Assembly (NCBI RefSeq): GCF_018350175.1
Contig: NC_058373.1
Coordinates: forward strand, 102,426,001 to 102,490,000
Length of the DNA: 64,000 nucleotides
Direction of reading: 5' to 3'
Source of the DNA: Felis catus
Taxonomy: Eukaryota
Shown here in pieces: positions 63,162-64,000 of the stretch (its first letter is position 1; each line of letters begins with the position of its first letter). A program made the position numbers and the translations under genes. The notes below the pieces were generated by a model. It ran no database searches. It saw nothing but the letters and a program-made list of their open reading frames with translations, and was not told the DNA's origin.

Positions 63162-64000
63162 AAGTGGACTCCTTTTTGGAGTGCATTCCTGTACCTTTAA
63201 CATAGCAGAAAGAAACTTAGGAAATGACTTATTTCCTAGTCTGTTTCGATAGGCAACGCCATACACTGAGTGACAAGTTAAAAAACAAGCATCTGTCTTT
63301 GATTTTAGGCCTCCTGTTAGCACTAAGCCTATTATTAGCACAAAGAGAAATCTCATCCTTTTCCTCTATTCTGACCCCATATTGCCATTTGATTCCTCAT
63401 TGATCAAATTCACTCCTCCATAGTCTAGAGTTAGTTACTATGACTCTTTCAACTTTGGGATTTATCCAAGCTCTTTTTTTTTTTTTTCTAAACAAAGTTA
63501 AAATTCTCTTCCATGGCTCTATTTTGGGATTGTACACTGTGTTTAAAGGTGAGAGTTTTCCCAGCTTTGTTTGAGCTGAAAACAGAAGTTAGAGTCTAAA
63601 AGGAATACTGGAATTATTTGAAAACAGAATTTTGGCTTTTGTTTGGAGGAAAGTTGTTCAAGTTTTAATTGATTCACTGTTATATGTCACTTTATTCCTG
63701 GAAAGGATTAAGATGGCAGGTATGTACAAAGACTTTATCACAGCCATGCTTCGTGAAGGAGTTAGTAAGGTTCACTTTGTCACCTTCCAGTTACTCCTTC
63801 ACCTTCTGGCTCTGCCCTACTCACCCACTGTAGTTCTTACAACAGAGTCACCAAGGATCTCCATTGCTAACTGGACACAGTTATTCATTGACCTTGCTAT
63901 AGGGTCTAAAAGTGACTATTCTGTTATGAACATTCTTCCTGTTTATAATAATAATATATGTAATATATGTTCATTGTGAAATTTTGGAAAATGACATCTG

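Noticed and set aside
1..64000. CRISPR arrays, operons, rRNA, snRNA/snoRNA/miRNA genes, NUMTs, CpG-island promoter, named host gene
   Set aside because: None recognised. The recurring motifs are dispersed SINEs, CpG-rich spots are young SINEs, and no exon is available to identify the host gene. A small RNA could still be missed without a covariance-model search.

Overview
Mammalian, almost certainly felid, non-coding DNA. About 50 tRNA-derived carnivore SINEs (SINEC/Can-SINE, several of the young cat SINEC_Fc type) lie among older L1, HAL1, L2, MIR, LTR and DNA-transposon relics and microsatellites. I find no intact protein-coding gene and no credible coding exon. The only protein homologies are two minus-strand processed pseudogenes (RPS14, RPL31) and the ORF2 C-terminus of a truncated L1. 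A T>A/G>C look on the + strand and an antisense bias of insertions suggest the window is intronic to a large + strand gene, which I cannot name. The most unusual structure is a ~255 bp inverted copy of nearby sequence (42719-42972 copied at 43465-43723) fused by microhomology to the 3' end of a truncated SINE. I see no evidence of a new multi-gene system. Repeat family names come from visual recognition without a database, and repeat boundaries are approximate.
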